64,000 bases of DNA from Candidatus Dormiibacterota bacterium (GCA_963718525.1 OY970355.1:1696001-1760000), one strand, 5' to 3'; positions 41,708 through 52,741 are shown, numbered from the stretch's first letter. Numbers and translations are program-made. Notes: a model not told the origin generated them from the letters alone.

Positions 41708-44584
41708 TCACTCCTCGAGGCTGGCGGCGCGTCCCTCATCGCACACGGTGCGGAAATCACATCGCTGGCATTGCCAGCGCGATGGTTTGGGTGGAAATGA
41801 TCCGGTGCTCGAGGCAACCGCCAGGTCACGCGCCGTTGCGGAAAGATGGCCGTGCGCCTTGCGCAGGAAAGCCTTATCGGCAGTGACGCGCGTCACGGCA
41901 CCCTGCAGGTAGTGGAACTCGATCGCAACCTCCGACGCCTGCTCGCGCTGCGCGAGCCCCACCGCGTATGCACGGAGTTGCAAATCAGCGCGGAGCGCGC
42001 TCTCATCCTTCGGCCTGCCGGTCTTGTAGTCGATGACGGTGGGAATGCCGTCGAAGCGCGTGTCCACACGATCGAACCGGCCCGCGACGTCCGCGTGGTC
42101 CAGACTGATGGTGATCGGTTCCTCAACGCTGTTGATGATGGTGTCCGTCCAACCCGGGGATTCCACGTAGCGGCGCAGCTGCTCGTCACCATGAGCGCGC
42201 AGCTCGGAGTGCCGCCCCTTGGGACCATGCGACTGCTCCCACGCGGTCTGCCACATCGCAGCGACGCTGTCAGGGCTCACCACCTCGCCGGCCATGCGCT
42301 GCGTCGCGGCGGAGCGCAGAACCTCGTGGATCATCGTTCCGTACCAGCTGCGCGCGTCGGTGCGCACCGGAAGATGCCAGCGACGCTGATAGTTGTAGCG
42401 GCGCGGACAGCTTCGGAAGAGGCCGAGGTCGGACACCGCGATGGCGAGCCGCTGCAGCACCGGAGTCCCGGCGGGACGCGGCGCGCGGACCGCGAGGGTG
42501 CTGTCCACGGGGACGTCCTTGGCGAGGATCTCGCCGCGAAAGGACATCGCCTGGGTCAGGAAGGACGTGCAGGACTCGTCGCTGGACGGTTGGGGATACT
42601 TGCGCGCCCACGTGTAGATCAGGCGGTCGCGCGCACGAGTTGACGCCACGTAGAAGAGGCGGCGCTCCTCGTCGACGGCGACGTCGCCGGGCGGGGGAGG
42701 CTCCGGGACGAGGTCGTCGGGCAGCTGCAGATCGAACGACGACGTGCCACGCCCCTGCCAGCGGCGCTCGGTGCAACGCGACAGGATCACCACCGGCCAC
42801 TCGAGACCCTTCGAGCCATGCGCGGTCAGCAGCACGACACCATCCTCGATCGGCTCGATGCTCGCGAGCTCGCCGGCCTCACGGCTGTCGCGAAGGACGG
42901 TGAGGTAGCGAAGCGTCGTCGTCACACGCCGGTCGTCGCTCCAGTCGGCGAACGCCTCGAGGAGCTCGCCAAGCTTGTTCAAGTTAGCGCCCATCTGGAG
43001 CCGGGCGACACCGGACTGCTCGTCGATGATGCCGAGGAAGCCACTGGCTTCGAGCGCGAGCTGGAAGAGGTCGCGGACATCCTGGCGCTGGGATTCCGCA
43101 TGCATCCGCTGGATGTCATCGACACAGCGTTGCGCGGCGACAACGTCCGCGTCATCGAGTCCCGTCACCGCCGCATCCGCGATCAGCTGTACCAGTGGAA
43201 GGTCGTGCTCGTGAGCGGCGCGCACCAGCGCAACCCGTCCGGCCGTCGTGACCCCCCAATTGGGCAGCGTGAGGCAGCGGAGCACTGCCTGTCCGTCGTC
43301 GGGATCGTCGATGGCGGCAAGCAGCGCCAGGGCATCCTTGATCTCCCGCTCCTGGAAGAATCCGCGTCCACCCGCAACCTGGTATGGCACACCGACTTGG
43401 CGCAGCGCGCGCATCGCGGATTGCATGTCGATGTGCTGGCGGAACAGCCATGCGATGTCGGCGGGCCTGGTGCCGCCCGCGACCAGACGTGCGCATTCCC
43501 GCGCCACGGCCATCGCCTCACTGCGCTCGTCGGGCGCCTGCCACACCTCGACCGCGGCACCCGGACCGCGATCGGCGACGAGGTGTTTCTCGATGCGCGT
43601 CGCCGGGCTTGCGACGGAGATCACTGCGCGTGACGCGGTGACGATCTGCTCGGTGCTGCGGTAGTTGTGGGTGAGCACGAGCTGGCGATGCTCGGGATAC
43701 TCACGTGAGAAACGGTCGAGGTTGGCGCGGCTCGCACCCCGGAACTTGTAGATCGACTGGTCGTCGTCAGCCACCACGAACAGGTTGCGATGACCCGCCA
43801 CCAGGGTCTCGACCAGCTTTGCCTGCGCGTAGTTGGTGTCCTGGTACTCGTCCACCATCACGTGGCTGATGCGGTCCGCGATCGCGCTGCGAACTGCCGG
43901 CTGCTCGCGGATCAGCCGCTCGGCGTAGAGGATGCAGTCGTCGAAGTCGAAGACGCCGGCACGCCGGTAGCGCTCGTCCAGACGCCCGTAGACGCGCGCG
44001 ACGTCCGCGTGACGCTCGAGGACGATGCGCTCGGCCGGGTCCTCGGCAGTCTGCAGCCGGGCCGAAGCCCAGGCCATGTAGGCATCGGGTGTGACGAGCT
44101 CCTGCTTTGCCGTCCCAATGACGTCGAGGAGCGGGTCCATGAGGTCGTGCGGCCGGAGCGGGTTCCAGAGCAGTGGCGGGCGCAGCTCCTCGAGCACGGC
44201 CTCGACGTGCAGCCAGCGCTCCGCCGCGTCGGCGATGCGCAGCACCGGCGAGATGCCGAGCAGCCATCCCCACTCACGGACGACCCGAAGCGCGAACGAG
44301 TGGTAGTTGGTGAGGGGCGCGTCGTCGGCGAACGAGCCCTGCGCTCGCTCGACACGAGCCCGCATCTCGTCGGCGGCTTTGCGTGTGTAGGTCAGGACGA
44401 GCTGCCTGCCGGCTCCGATACCGAGCGCGGACAGCCGGTGAAAGCGCTCCACGATGATTCGCGTCTTGCCGCTGCCCGGCCCGGCGATGACCAGGCAGGG
44501 ACCGTCGCCGTGCTCGACTGCGATGCGCTGCTCTTCGTCGAGGGCTGCGGCGGGTGGGGCGTCTGGGATCGCGATGCCGGTCAT
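41708..44584 (-). CDS. UvrD/REP-family helicase fused to a C-terminal PD-(D/E)xK Fe-S nuclease (AdnAB/AddAB-like)
   Basis: IAGPGSGKT, VDEYQD, DDDQSIYKFRGA, NYRS, TAHGSKGLEW, EERRLFYVASTRA; SCP...GRFDRVD..IDYKTG..QLRAY..CQRCDFRTVC. Confidence 0.9.
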   Translation of the reverse strand: MTGIAIPDAPPAAALDEEQRIAVEHGDGPCLVIAGPGSGKTRIIVERFHRLSALGIGAGRQLVLTYTRKAADEMRARVERAQGSFADDAPLTNYHSFALRVVREWGWLLGISPVLRIADAAERWLHVEAVLEELRPPLLWNPLRPHDLMDPLLDVIGTAKQELVTPDAYMAWASARLQTAEDPAERIVLERHADVARVYGRLDERYRRAGVFDFDDCILYAERLIREQPAVRSAIADRISHVMVDEYQDTNYAQAKLVETLVAGHRNLFVVADDDQSIYKFRGASRANLDRFSREYPEHRQLVLTHNYRSTEQIVTASRAVISVASPATRIEKHLVADRGPGAAVEVWQAPDERSEAMAVARECARLVAGGTRPADIAWLFRQHIDMQSAMRALRQVGVPYQVAGGRGFFQEREIKDALALLAAIDDPDDGQAVLRCLTLPNWGVTTAGRVALVRAAHEHDLPLVQLIADAAVTGLDDADVVAAQRCVDDIQRMHAESQRQDVRDLFQLALEASGFLGIIDEQSGVARLQMGANLNKLGELLEAFADWSDDRRVTTTLRYLTVLRDSREAGELASIEPIEDGVVLLTAHGSKGLEWPVVILSRCTERRWQGRGTSSFDLQLPDDLVPEPPPPGDVAVDEERRLFYVASTRARDRLIYTWARKYPQPSSDESCTSFLTQAMSFRGEILAKDVPVDSTLAVRAPRPAGTPVLQRLAIAVSDLGLFRSCPRRYNYQRRWHLPVRTDARSWYGTMIHEVLRSAATQRMAGEVVSPDSVAAMWQTAWEQSHGPKGRHSELRAHGDEQLRRYVESPGWTDTIINSVEEPITISLDHADVAGRFDRVDTRFDGIPTVIDYKTGRPKDESALRADLQLRAYAVGLAQREQASEVAIEFHYLQGAVTRVTADKAFLRKAHGHLSATARDLAVASSTGSFPPKPSRWQCQRCDFRTVCDEGRAASLEE

Positions 44585-44646
44585 CAGGGTCGATTCTGGG
44601 CTGAGGCGGCGACAGGGGGCTGTCGTCGGGGGTGGAGAATTCGGGG

Positions 44647-45441
44647 ATGGAACCGAGTCCAGCCACGGCCGGCAGCTCGACACCAGGGCTGGCCGAAGCA
44701 CTGCCGTGGCTCCGTCACTCGCGCCGCATCCTGGTGTTTAGCGGGGCGGGGATCTCGACCGAGTCGGGCATCCCGGACTTCCGAGGGCCGAACGGTGTCT
44801 GGAAGACCACCGATCCCGCCAGGTACACGATCCAGAACTACGTCAGGGATCGATCGGTGCGGGTGGAGCGGTGGCGCGCCCGGCTCGAGGGGCGCTTCTC
44901 GGACGCGCAGCCGAATGCGGCGCACCTTGCGGTCACCCGCCTCCAGCGAGCGGGGCTGGCGCCGGTCGTCGTGACCCAGAACATCGACGGCCTCCACCAG
45001 AAGGCGGGCACCGTCAACGTGATCGAGCTCCACGGCACGTCATCCCAGGCGATGTGCCTCGACTGCGATCGACGGATGCCCATCGAGGTCGCTCTTGATC
45101 GCGTCCGCGAGGGTGATGAGGATCCGCGCTGCGAGCTGTGCGGTGGCCTGCTCAAGACGGCGACGATCAGCTTCGGCCAGCCACTGATGGCGGGCGACAT
45201 GGATCGGGCGCTTGAGGAGGCGCGCCTCTGCGACGTCTGCCTCACGGTGGGATCGACACTCTCCGTATGGCCGGCGGCGTCGGTTCCGGTCGAGGCTGTC
45301 CGAGAAGGCGCGAGGCTCGTGATCGTGAACCAGGGGGTCACCGACCTGGACGGGATGGCGACCCTGATCCTCTCGGGCGGGGCGGGGGCGGTGATGACCG
45401 AGTTGACCACCGCTTTCCTTGGTGACGCGAACTCAAGGTAG
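44647..45441 (+). CDS. Sir2-family NAD-dependent deacylase
   Basis: [31 protein letters not shown], CxxC..Cxx[11 protein letters not shown]. Confidence 0.93.
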   Translation: MEPSPATAGSSTPGLAEALPWLRHSRRILVFSGAGISTESGIPDFRGPNGVWKTTDPARYTIQNYVRDRSVRVERWRARLEGRFSDAQPNAAHLAVTRLQRAGLAPVVVTQNIDGLHQKAGTVNVIELHGTSSQAMCLDCDRRMPIEVALDRVREGDEDPRCELCGGLLKTATISFGQPLMAGDMDRALEEARLCDVCLTVGSTLSVWPAASVPVEAVREGARLVIVNQGVTDLDGMATLILSGGAGAVMTELTTAFLGDANSR

Positions 45442-45496
45442 AATTCAAGGTCCGCGCCGGAGATGCGCGGCCCAGCGAAAGGAGGTGATTCCGACC

Positions 45497-45679
45497 GTGT
45501 CGGAAGTTAAGGTCCGCGAAGGCGAGACCTTTGAGAGCGCGCTACGACGGTTCAACAAGAAGATCAAGCAGAACGGCATCCTCTCCGAGGTTCGCAGACG
45601 CGAGCACTACGAGAAGCCGTCCGTGCGCCGCAAGCGAAAGCTGCTTGCAGCGCGGAAGCGTCGCGTCAAGAGCACCTGA
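45497..45679 (+). CDS. rpsU: 30S ribosomal protein S21
   Basis: Strong SD AAAGGAGGTGA; [10 protein letters not shown]...[12 protein letters not shown]; TAGAAT -10 upstream at 45439-45444. Confidence 0.95.
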   Translation: MSEVKVREGETFESALRRFNKKIKQNGILSEVRRREHYEKPSVRRKRKLLAARKRRVKST

Positions 45680-45692
45680 CGCAGCTGCGTCC

Positions 45693-46148
45693 ATGCGGGT
45701 GAGCGTCATCCGCGATCCGTGCCTCACCCCTCGGCAACGTCGTGTCGTAGCGGAGGCACGCCTCGGTCCGTTGCTCCGCGCGTCCGGTGATCAACTCGAC
45801 GTGCCGGCTCGCGCGAGCCTGAGCGTGCGCCTGACCGGCGACGCGGAGCTCCGGGATCTCAACGCGCGCTTTCTCGGCACTGATGCGCCCACCGACGTGC
45901 TCGCCTTTCCAGGCGACGAGCGCGCTCGGATTGGCGACGTCGCGATCTCGGTGGAGCGCGCCATCGCACAGGCCGCGGATGGTGCCGCGGAACTCCGCCT
46001 GCTCGCCGTCCACGGGCTGCTGCACTGCCTGGGCCACGACCATGCCCTCCCCGAGCCCGCCGCCGCGATGACCGCCGCGACCCGGATGCTGCTGCCGGAC
46101 GCCGATGTCCCCGACCTGCAGACCGCCGAGCTCGCCGGGCGGTCGTGA
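45693..46148 (+). CDS. ybeY: rRNA maturation endoribonuclease YbeY
   Basis: LNARFLG.DAPTDVLAFP, IGDVAIS, HGLLHCLGHDH. Confidence 0.9.
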   Translation: MRVSVIRDPCLTPRQRRVVAEARLGPLLRASGDQLDVPARASLSVRLTGDAELRDLNARFLGTDAPTDVLAFPGDERARIGDVAISVERAIAQAADGAAELRLLAVHGLLHCLGHDHALPEPAAAMTAATRMLLPDADVPDLQTAELAGRS

Positions 46149-46720
46149 CCCAGCTGATCATCGGGCTCGGCAATCCCGGAGGCGAATACGCCCGTACCCG
46201 GCACAATGTCGGCTGGATGTGCCTGGACGAGCTCGAGCGCCGCGGCAAATTCGGCCGCGAGCGGCGGGAGGGATTGGCTCGCGTCCGAGAGGGAACCATC
46301 GAGGGATATGACGTCCTCACCGCTCGTCCGCACACCTATATGAACCTCAGCGGCAAGGCAGCCGCGCAGCTGACCGGCAAGCACGGCATCGCCCCGGCCG
46401 ACGTTATCGTCATCCATGACGAGGCCGATTTCCCACTTGGGCGCGTCAAGATCAAGCTCGGGGGCAGCGCCGCCGGACATCGGGGCGTGCAGTCGCTGAT
46501 CGATTCCTGGCGCACGGACGAATTTCCCCGAATCCGCATCGGGATCGGGAGAGACGGCGACAGCAACGACCTCATCGAGCACGTGCTCGATCCATTTCTT
46601 CCCGACGAGCGCGCGAAGGCAGAGGCGGCGATCGCGCGCGCCGCGGACATGGCGGTGGCGATCACGCGCGATGGGGTTGCGGCGGCGATGAACACCTGGA
46701 ACCGTGCCGGCACGGACTGA
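46145..46720 (+). CDS. pth: Peptidyl-tRNA hydrolase
   Basis: GLGNPG.EY..TRHNVG, TYMNLSG, IHDE, GHRG, RIRIGIGR. Confidence 0.95.
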   Translation: MTQLIIGLGNPGGEYARTRHNVGWMCLDELERRGKFGRERREGLARVREGTIEGYDVLTARPHTYMNLSGKAAAQLTGKHGIAPADVIVIHDEADFPLGRVKIKLGGSAAGHRGVQSLIDSWRTDEFPRIRIGIGRDGDSNDLIEHVLDPFLPDERAKAEAAIARAADMAVAITRDGVAAAMNTWNRAGTD

Positions 46721-49700
46721 TCCCCGCCTCACCTCGACCGCGGTGGCGTCTGCGACCCTCCGGGAGCGCCTCGATCAGCTGCCGGAGCTCGCCCGCCTGG
46801 GCGGCGCTCAGGGCGGCATCGTCGCCGGGGTGCCCTCCGGTGCGGTCGGTCTCCTGGCGTGGTGGCTGCGCGAACGGACCTCGCGTACGGTGCTGGTGGT
46901 TGCCGCGGAGTCGGAGCGCGTCTATCTGGATTCGCTGGTCTGGGACGCCGGCTCCGGAGTGGCCATCTTCCCTGCGGGCGATACGCCACCGTTCGACAGG
47001 GTGCCGCCATCCGAAGAGGTGACCCGGGCGCGCCTCGCGACGCTGATGCGGCTGCACGCACGGACCGAACCGCTCGTGGTCGTCGCCTCGCCTCGGGGCC
47101 TGCTCCGGCCGACGCTCGCTCCCAGGGTCGTCCAGGCGGGGCTGACCGAGGTCAAGAAGGGCGCGCGCCTGCCTCGCGATCAGCTCCTGGCCCGTCTCGT
47201 GGAACTGGGCTACCGGCGCGAGAGCGCGGTCTCGGTGCCGGGGGACTTCGCCGTACGCGGCGGCATCGTCGACGTCTTCGGCGTGGACCGCGCCCGCCCC
47301 TGGCGCGCGGAATGGTTCGGCGACGATGTCGAGGACCTGCGCGCCTTCGATCCGGCGACCCAGGAGTCGATCGCCAAGCTCGAATCGGCGCAGGTGTGGC
47401 CGGCTCGTGAGCTCGACCTCAGCCGAGAGTCGGTCGCTCGGGCCGTGGCCTCGGTGTCAGCCCTCGACTCGACCGCCCTGCGCGATGACGTGCGCGAGCA
47501 ATGGGAGCGCGACCGCGAGCTGCTCGAGACCGGTGTCTACGAGGAGGGACTCGACCTGTTCTTCCCCTACCTCGGTGGCGACCCGGCGCCGACCCTGCTC
47601 GACCATCTCGACAACCCGGTCATCCTGCTCGACGGCGGGCGCGAGCGGCTGATCGCCGCGGCCGAGCGCCACGCTGCGGAGATCGAAGGACTGCGCGCGC
47701 AGGAGGAGGCGCGAGGCGAGCTGCCCCACGGCGCGTCGGCCGGCCTGGTGGACGTCGACCAGCTGTTCCGGGCGCTCGATCGCCACACGTCGTTTGAGCT
47801 CGTCCGCGAGGCGTCCGCCGGGGCGGCCACGGACCTCGGCTGGCGCGGCGTCGACAGCTACGTCGGACGTTTCGACGCCTTCGTGCGCGAGGCGATCCAC
47901 GAGCGCGACGAGCGGGGGTGTGTGCTCGTGGTGTCTCGGCAGCAGCACCGCGTCGAGGAGCTCGCAGCGGAGCACGGCGCCGACACGGTGGACGCAGCCG
48001 ATTTCTCGGCCGCTACAACACCGCTGCCGGCCGGCGCGATCGTGGTGGCGTCTGCCGATCTGTCGCAGGGGTTTGCCGTCGCGGATGGATCGGTGCACGC
48101 GTACACGGATGCCGAGCTCTTCGGCGCCGTCAAGCGGCGTCGCTCCGTGCTGGCACGAGGATCACGCCGGGCGGTGTCGACATCGGCGCGCGGCTCACGC
48201 CGCGCCGCCAGCGGCAATGCGGCGCGCGAGGCTTTCGTGCTGCAGTTCGCTCCCGGCGACCTGGTGGTGCATCGCGATCACGGCATCTCGCGGTTTGTCG
48301 AGATGCGTGCGGTCACGGACGACGGCGGCGCCGTGCACGAGTACATGCTCCTCGAGTACGCGGAGGGTGACCGGCTCTTCGTTCCCACCCAGCACCTCGA
48401 CCGCGTTGATCGCTACGTCGGGGGCGCGGAGTCGCATCCCAAGCTCTCGCGGCTCGGCACCGGCGAGTGGGAGCGGACGAGGCGCCGCGTCAAGGAGCGC
48501 ACCGAGGAAGTGGCGCGCGAATTGCTCGGCCTGTACTCGCGACGCGAGCAGGCGCAGGGGCATGCGTATGCACCCGACGGCGCCTGGCAGCAGGAGCTGG
48601 AAGGATCGTTCCCGTACCAGGAGACCCCCGACCAGATCCTCGTGCTCGAGGAGATCAAGCGTGACATGGAGGCGTCACGGCCGATGGATCGGGTTGTCTG
48701 CGGCGACGTCGGCTTCGGCAAGACCGAGCTCGCGATTCGCGCCGCGTTCAAGGCTGCGATCGAGGGCCGCCAGGTCGCGATGCTCGTGCCCACCACAGTC
48801 CTCTGCCAGCAGCACTTCATCACCTTCACAGAGCGCCTCGCCGCCTTCCCGATCACCGTGCGTCAGCTGTCGAGATTCGTCAGCGACGACGAGGTTGCGC
48901 GCACCCTCGCCGGTCTGCGCAGCGGTGCCGTCGACATCGTCGTCGGCACCCATCGCCTCCTCCAAAAAGACGTCGAGTTCAAGAATCTCGGGCTCGTGAT
49001 CATCGACGAGGAGCAGCGATTCGGGGTGCTCCAGAAGGAGCGTTTCAAGGAGCTCCGCGTCGCGGTCGATGTACTGTCGCTGTCGGCGACACCGATCCCG
49101 CGAACGTTGCACATGTCGCTCGCGGGCATCCGCGATCTCTCCGTGATCCAGACGCCTCCCGAGGAACGCCAGCCGATCAAGACCTACGTGACGGCACGTG
49201 AGGACTCGCTCATCCGCGAGGTGGTCACGCGTGAGCTTGCACGCGGAGGCCAGTGCTTCTTTCTGCACAACCGGGTTGCGGGCATCGAGGCCGTGGCGGA
49301 TCGGCTTCGCGCCCTCGTGCCCGAAGCGCGTATCGAGGTGGCCCACGGGCAGATGCCTGAGGGCATGCTCGCTTCGGTCATGCGCAGGTTCGGTGACGGC
49401 GAGATCGACGTGCTGCTGTGCACCACGATCATCGAATCCGGCCTCGACATTCCGAATGCGAATACGATTGTCATCGATGACGCGCATCGGTTGGGACTCG
49501 CTCAGCTGTATCAACTGCGCGGACGTGTCGGCCGGGCAGGGCAGCGCGCCTACGCCTACATGATGTATCCGCCCGCCAGGTCACTGACGGAGAAGGCTGA
49601 CAAGCAACTCGATGTCATCGGCGACCTGCAGGATCTCGGCGCCGGTTTCAAGCTGGCCATGCGCGACCTCGAGATTCGCGGTGCGGGCAACCTGCTCGGC

Positions 49701-50264
49701 GAGGAGCAGCATGGAGAGATCGCCGCAGTCGGGCTCGAGCTGTACAACCACCTGCTTGCCGACGCGGTCACGTCGCTGCAGGGAAAACCCGTTGTGGAAT
49801 CACCCGCGCAGGTCACCGTGACACTTCCCGTCGCCGCGTTCCTCCCGGCGGAGTACGTGTCCGACGAACGCCTGCGACTGCGCTGCTATCAGGAGCTCGC
49901 CGCGTGCATCAGTGAGTCGGAGCTGGACCAGCGTGCGCGTGGGCTCGTCGATCGATTCGGTCCGATGCCTGCGCCGACGTCGGCGCTCATCAACTCGCTG
50001 CGCGTCCGCCTGCTCGCCGCGGCCGCAGGCGCGCTCGGTGTCGAAACCGAGCGTGGCCGCGGGGTGGTCATCCGCCTGACGCTCGACCACGGCCTCGACC
50101 TCCAGAGCGTGGCCTCGCAATTCCGCGATATCACGGCAACCCCGTCGCAGCTGCATCTCGGCGATGCATGGCAGAGCACCCTCACCCCGGTGCTTCGCGA
50201 GCTCGGCCGGCTGGTGCGCGCACGCGATCGTGTTCCGGTTGGTGCGCAGAACGCCCATGCGTGA
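46704..50264 (+). CDS. mfd: Transcription-repair coupling factor
   Basis: [74 protein letters not shown]. Confidence 0.96.
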   Translation: MPARTDPRLTSTAVASATLRERLDQLPELARLGGAQGGIVAGVPSGAVGLLAWWLRERTSRTVLVVAAESERVYLDSLVWDAGSGVAIFPAGDTPPFDRVPPSEEVTRARLATLMRLHARTEPLVVVASPRGLLRPTLAPRVVQAGLTEVKKGARLPRDQLLARLVELGYRRESAVSVPGDFAVRGGIVDVFGVDRARPWRAEWFGDDVEDLRAFDPATQESIAKLESAQVWPARELDLSRESVARAVASVSALDSTALRDDVREQWERDRELLETGVYEEGLDLFFPYLGGDPAPTLLDHLDNPVILLDGGRERLIAAAERHAAEIEGLRAQEEARGELPHGASAGLVDVDQLFRALDRHTSFELVREASAGAATDLGWRGVDSYVGRFDAFVREAIHERDERGCVLVVSRQQHRVEELAAEHGADTVDAADFSAATTPLPAGAIVVASADLSQGFAVADGSVHAYTDAELFGAVKRRRSVLARGSRRAVSTSARGSRRAASGNAAREAFVLQFAPGDLVVHRDHGISRFVEMRAVTDDGGAVHEYMLLEYAEGDRLFVPTQHLDRVDRYVGGAESHPKLSRLGTGEWERTRRRVKERTEEVARELLGLYSRREQAQGHAYAPDGAWQQELEGSFPYQETPDQILVLEEIKRDMEASRPMDRVVCGDVGFGKTELAIRAAFKAAIEGRQVAMLVPTTVLCQQHFITFTERLAAFPITVRQLSRFVSDDEVARTLAGLRSGAVDIVVGTHRLLQKDVEFKNLGLVIIDEEQRFGVLQKERFKELRVAVDVLSLSATPIPRTLHMSLAGIRDLSVIQTPPEERQPIKTYVTAREDSLIREVVTRELARGGQCFFLHNRVAGIEAVADRLRALVPEARIEVAHGQMPEGMLASVMRRFGDGEIDVLLCTTIIESGLDIPNANTIVIDDAHRLGLAQLYQLRGRVGRAGQRAYAYMMYPPARSLTEKADKQLDVIGDLQDLGAGFKLAMRDLEIRGAGNLLGEEQHGEIAAVGLELYNHLLADAVTSLQGKPVVESPAQVTVTLPVAAFLPAEYVSDERLRLRCYQELAACISESELDQRARGLVDRFGPMPAPTSALINSLRVRLLAAAAGALGVETERGRGVVIRLTLDHGLDLQSVASQFRDITATPSQLHLGDAWQSTLTPVLRELGRLVRARDRVPVGAQNAHA

Positions 50265-51072
50265 CGAGGCCGTCGAGTCGCTGCGCGCGCTGAATGAAGT
50301 GGTCGAACGGCTGCGCGCGCCGGGCGGCTGTCCATGGGACCGCGAGCAGACGCATCGCAGCCTCCGCCCGTATCTCCTCGAGGAGACCTACGAGGTGCTC
50401 GAGGCGATCGACGGCCTCGAGCCCGGAACCTTGCGTGAGGAGCTGGGTGACCTGCTCCTCCAGGTGCTCATGCACAGCGCGATCGCCATGGAGGCTGGTG
50501 ACGGTTTCGACATCGGCGATGTCGCCGACGGCGTGCGCGCCAAGATGATCCACCGACATCCCCACGTCTTCGGTGACGTGACCGTCGACGGGGCGGCGAG
50601 TGTCGTCGTCAACTGGGAGAAGCTCAAGACCGCAGAGAAACGCCAGCGGCTGTCGCTGCTCGACGGCGTGCCTGCGGCGATGCCGGCGCTCGCCCACGCA
50701 CAGGGGGTGCAGAAGCGTCCGGCGAGGGTCGGCTTCGATGAGACGCCGACGGTTCCCGTCGCCCTCGACGGCGTGCGCGTGGCGCTCGAGCGTGTCGAAG
50801 CGGTTTCGGACGAACTCGCGGAGGCTGCACATGGCGAGGACTGGGCCGCGGGCGCCGGTGATCCAGAGGTCGCGATCGGCGACCTGCTCTTCTCGGTGGT
50901 TGCGCTGGCGCGACGGCTTCGGGTCAATCCTGAAGAGGCGCTCCGAAGCCGCGCGATGGGATTCGCGACCCGGTTCCGCGCGCTCGAGGCGCGCGCTCGA
51001 GACGACGGTGTCGACCTGCACGACCTCGACGATGCGGAATGGCGAACGCGCTGGGAGGCGACCGCTTCCTGA
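50257..51072 (+). CDS. mazG: Nucleoside triphosphate pyrophosphohydrolase
   Basis: LRAPGGCPWDREQTH.SL.PYLLEETYE, EELGDLL, KMIHRHPHVFG. Confidence 0.92.
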   Translation: MRDEAVESLRALNEVVERLRAPGGCPWDREQTHRSLRPYLLEETYEVLEAIDGLEPGTLREELGDLLLQVLMHSAIAMEAGDGFDIGDVADGVRAKMIHRHPHVFGDVTVDGAASVVVNWEKLKTAEKRQRLSLLDGVPAAMPALAHAQGVQKRPARVGFDETPTVPVALDGVRVALERVEAVSDELAEAAHGEDWAAGAGDPEVAIGDLLFSVVALARRLRVNPEEALRSRAMGFATRFRALEARARDDGVDLHDLDDAEWRTRWEATAS

Positions 51073-51089
51073 AACAGGACCCAGGTCCC

Positions 51090-51653
51090 TTGTCAAATCC
51101 GCCGCCGGGCCGCATCCTATCCCGACACCCGGCGTCACATCGCCTCATTCGTCTCACACATCGCCGGGGAGAGGATCGCGCCATCCGTCCCACTCCACGT
51201 CCAAGCCTCGACAGCCCCATCACGCTGCGCCGGATTGCAGTCGTGCTCATAGCGGGGATCTGTGGACTGGTCGCATTCGCGGTGTACGGGCAGGTTGCGC
51301 AGAGCCGTCACCTCGACGCCCAGGTGAGCGCACTCGCCGCCACGAATGCGGCGCTGACGCAGCAGATCTCGGATCGCGAGCGCGAGATCGCCGACGCGCA
51401 GACCATCGCGTGGCTCGAGCAGCAGGCACGGCAGCTCGGCTACATCTTCCCCGGCGAACAGCTCTACGTGATCGTCCCGCCGGGAGGAGCTCGGGTGTCG
51501 ACCGGAGGCGTGTCAGTGCCCATCCCGACGTTCAAGGCGCTGCCACCCGCGACCCCGACACCGTCACCGACTGCAAAGCCGAGCACATCGCCCAGCCCGA
51601 CACCCAGCCACACCCCGGCGCCCACTCCCACTCCCACGCCGGCGCCACACTGA
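51090..51653 (+). CDS. FtsB/DivIC septum formation initiator with a Pro/Thr-rich tail
   Basis: TM helix, coiled coil, WLEQQARQLGYIFPGE motif; start uncertain (51039-51090). Confidence 0.8.
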   Translation: MSNPPPGRILSRHPASHRLIRLTHRRGEDRAIRPTPRPSLDSPITLRRIAVVLIAGICGLVAFAVYGQVAQSRHLDAQVSALAATNAALTQQISDREREIADAQTIAWLEQQARQLGYIFPGEQLYVIVPPGGARVSTGGVSVPIPTFKALPPATPTPSPTAKPSTSPSPTPSHTPAPTPTPTPAPH

Positions 51654-51701
51654 TCGGCCTCCGGGCCGAGGAAGGCAATGCCACGTGCGGTATCCTCTGA
51701 G

Positions 51702-51773
51702 GGCGGCGTGGAGCAGTGGAAGCTCGTCGGGCTCATAACCCGAAGGTCGTCGGTTCGAATCCGACCGCCGCAA
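51702..51773 (+). tRNA. Initiator tRNA-fMet(CAT), CCA not encoded
   Basis: Three G-C pairs in the anticodon stem (TCGGG-CTCATAA-CCCGA), A11-U24, unpaired 1x72 (G1xA72). Confidence 0.93.
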
Positions 51774-51869
51774 TTTCTCTGCCCGGAATAGGGCCTGCGC
51801 CGGGTACGATGGCGACGTGGAGCTCGCACCAATGGGCGTCTCCGCGACCTCATCCCCAGCACATTGCTC

Positions 51870-51945
51870 GGCGGTTTAGCTCAGGTGGTAGAGCAGCCGG
51901 TTCATACCCGGTATGTCCCTGGTTCGAATCCAGGAACCGCCACCA
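51870..51945 (+). tRNA. Elongator tRNA-Met(CAT), CCA encoded
   Basis: GGCGGTT/AACCGCC acceptor, loop TT-CAT-AC, T arm CCTGG-TTCGAAT-CCAGG, ends ACCA; resembles Gram-positive elongator Met rather than Ile2. Confidence 0.9.
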
Positions 51946-51992
51946 CGCACGCGGGATCTGGCCCCCTGCGGCCGCGTGAGCGCACCGCCGCG

Positions 51993-52721
51993 GTGGCCCG
52001 GGTACGGCGCGCGGTCGCGACCGCCGTCGACCGGCGCGGCGTGATCGTTCCCGGCGAGCACGTGCTGATCGCATGCAGTGGGGGACCGGACTCGAGCGCG
52101 CTGGTCGATGTGCTTGCGCGCCTTGCCCCACCGCGCGGATGGCGTCTCTCGGTCGCTCACGTCGATCACGGGCTTCGTCCCGGGTCGGCGGTGGAGGCGG
52201 GCGCCGTCGCGAGACTTGCGGCTGATCACGGGATCGAATTTCGCGCCCTCTCGGTGCATGTCGGGGCGGGCAGCTCACTGCAGGACAGGGCTCGCAGCGC
52301 ACGCCATGCGGCGCTGCGAGCTGAAGCGTCGAGGGTCGGCGCCGGGATGATCGCGCTTGGTCACACCGCGGACGACCAGGCTGAAACCGTCTTGATGCGA
52401 GCGCTGTCGGGCGCGTCCCCGAAAGGGCTGCTCGCGATGGCGGAACGTGAGCGCGGACTGGTGCGCCCACTCCTCCGCGTGTGGCGCGCCGCGACCGTCG
52501 CCTATTGCGCAGCGCTGGGCGTTGACGTGCTCGAGGACCCGAGCAATGCGGATCCTCGATTCCTCCGGAGCCGCGTGCGCCACGAGGTGCTCCCCGCCCT
52601 CGAGGAGGTCTTCCCAGGCGCTCGCCGCCGGCTGGTCGTGCTTGCCGAGCGCCAGCGACGTCTGCTCCAATTGGAGGGCGGCCCGGCCGAGCCGCCCGCG
52701 CGCCGGGGGTTGAGATCGTAG
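51993..52721 (+). CDS. tilS: tRNA(Ile)-lysidine synthetase, short form
   Basis: ACSGGPDS, HVDHGLR, ARSARH, GHTADDQAET, VRPLL, EDPSN, RSRVRHEVLP; start approximate. Confidence 0.9.
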   Translation: MARVRRAVATAVDRRGVIVPGEHVLIACSGGPDSSALVDVLARLAPPRGWRLSVAHVDHGLRPGSAVEAGAVARLAADHGIEFRALSVHVGAGSSLQDRARSARHAALRAEASRVGAGMIALGHTADDQAETVLMRALSGASPKGLLAMAERERGLVRPLLRVWRAATVAYCAALGVDVLEDPSNADPRFLRSRVRHEVLPALEEVFPGARRRLVVLAERQRRLLQLEGGPAEPPARRGLRS

Positions 52722-52741
52722 ACCCCTGGTAGACTGAATTC

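Noticed and set aside
44647-45441. Sir2 plus helicase as an anti-phage system
   Set aside because: The sirtuin is a canonical Zn-binding deacylase, the genes are divergent, and the context is housekeeping.
51540-51650. Repetitive ACNCCN sequence
   Set aside because: It encodes the Pro/Thr-rich tail of the DivIC-like protein and is not a DNA repeat array.
51864-51992. tilS ORF extension through the tRNA-Met gene
   Set aside because: The frame is open by chance; TilS homology starts only near 51993.
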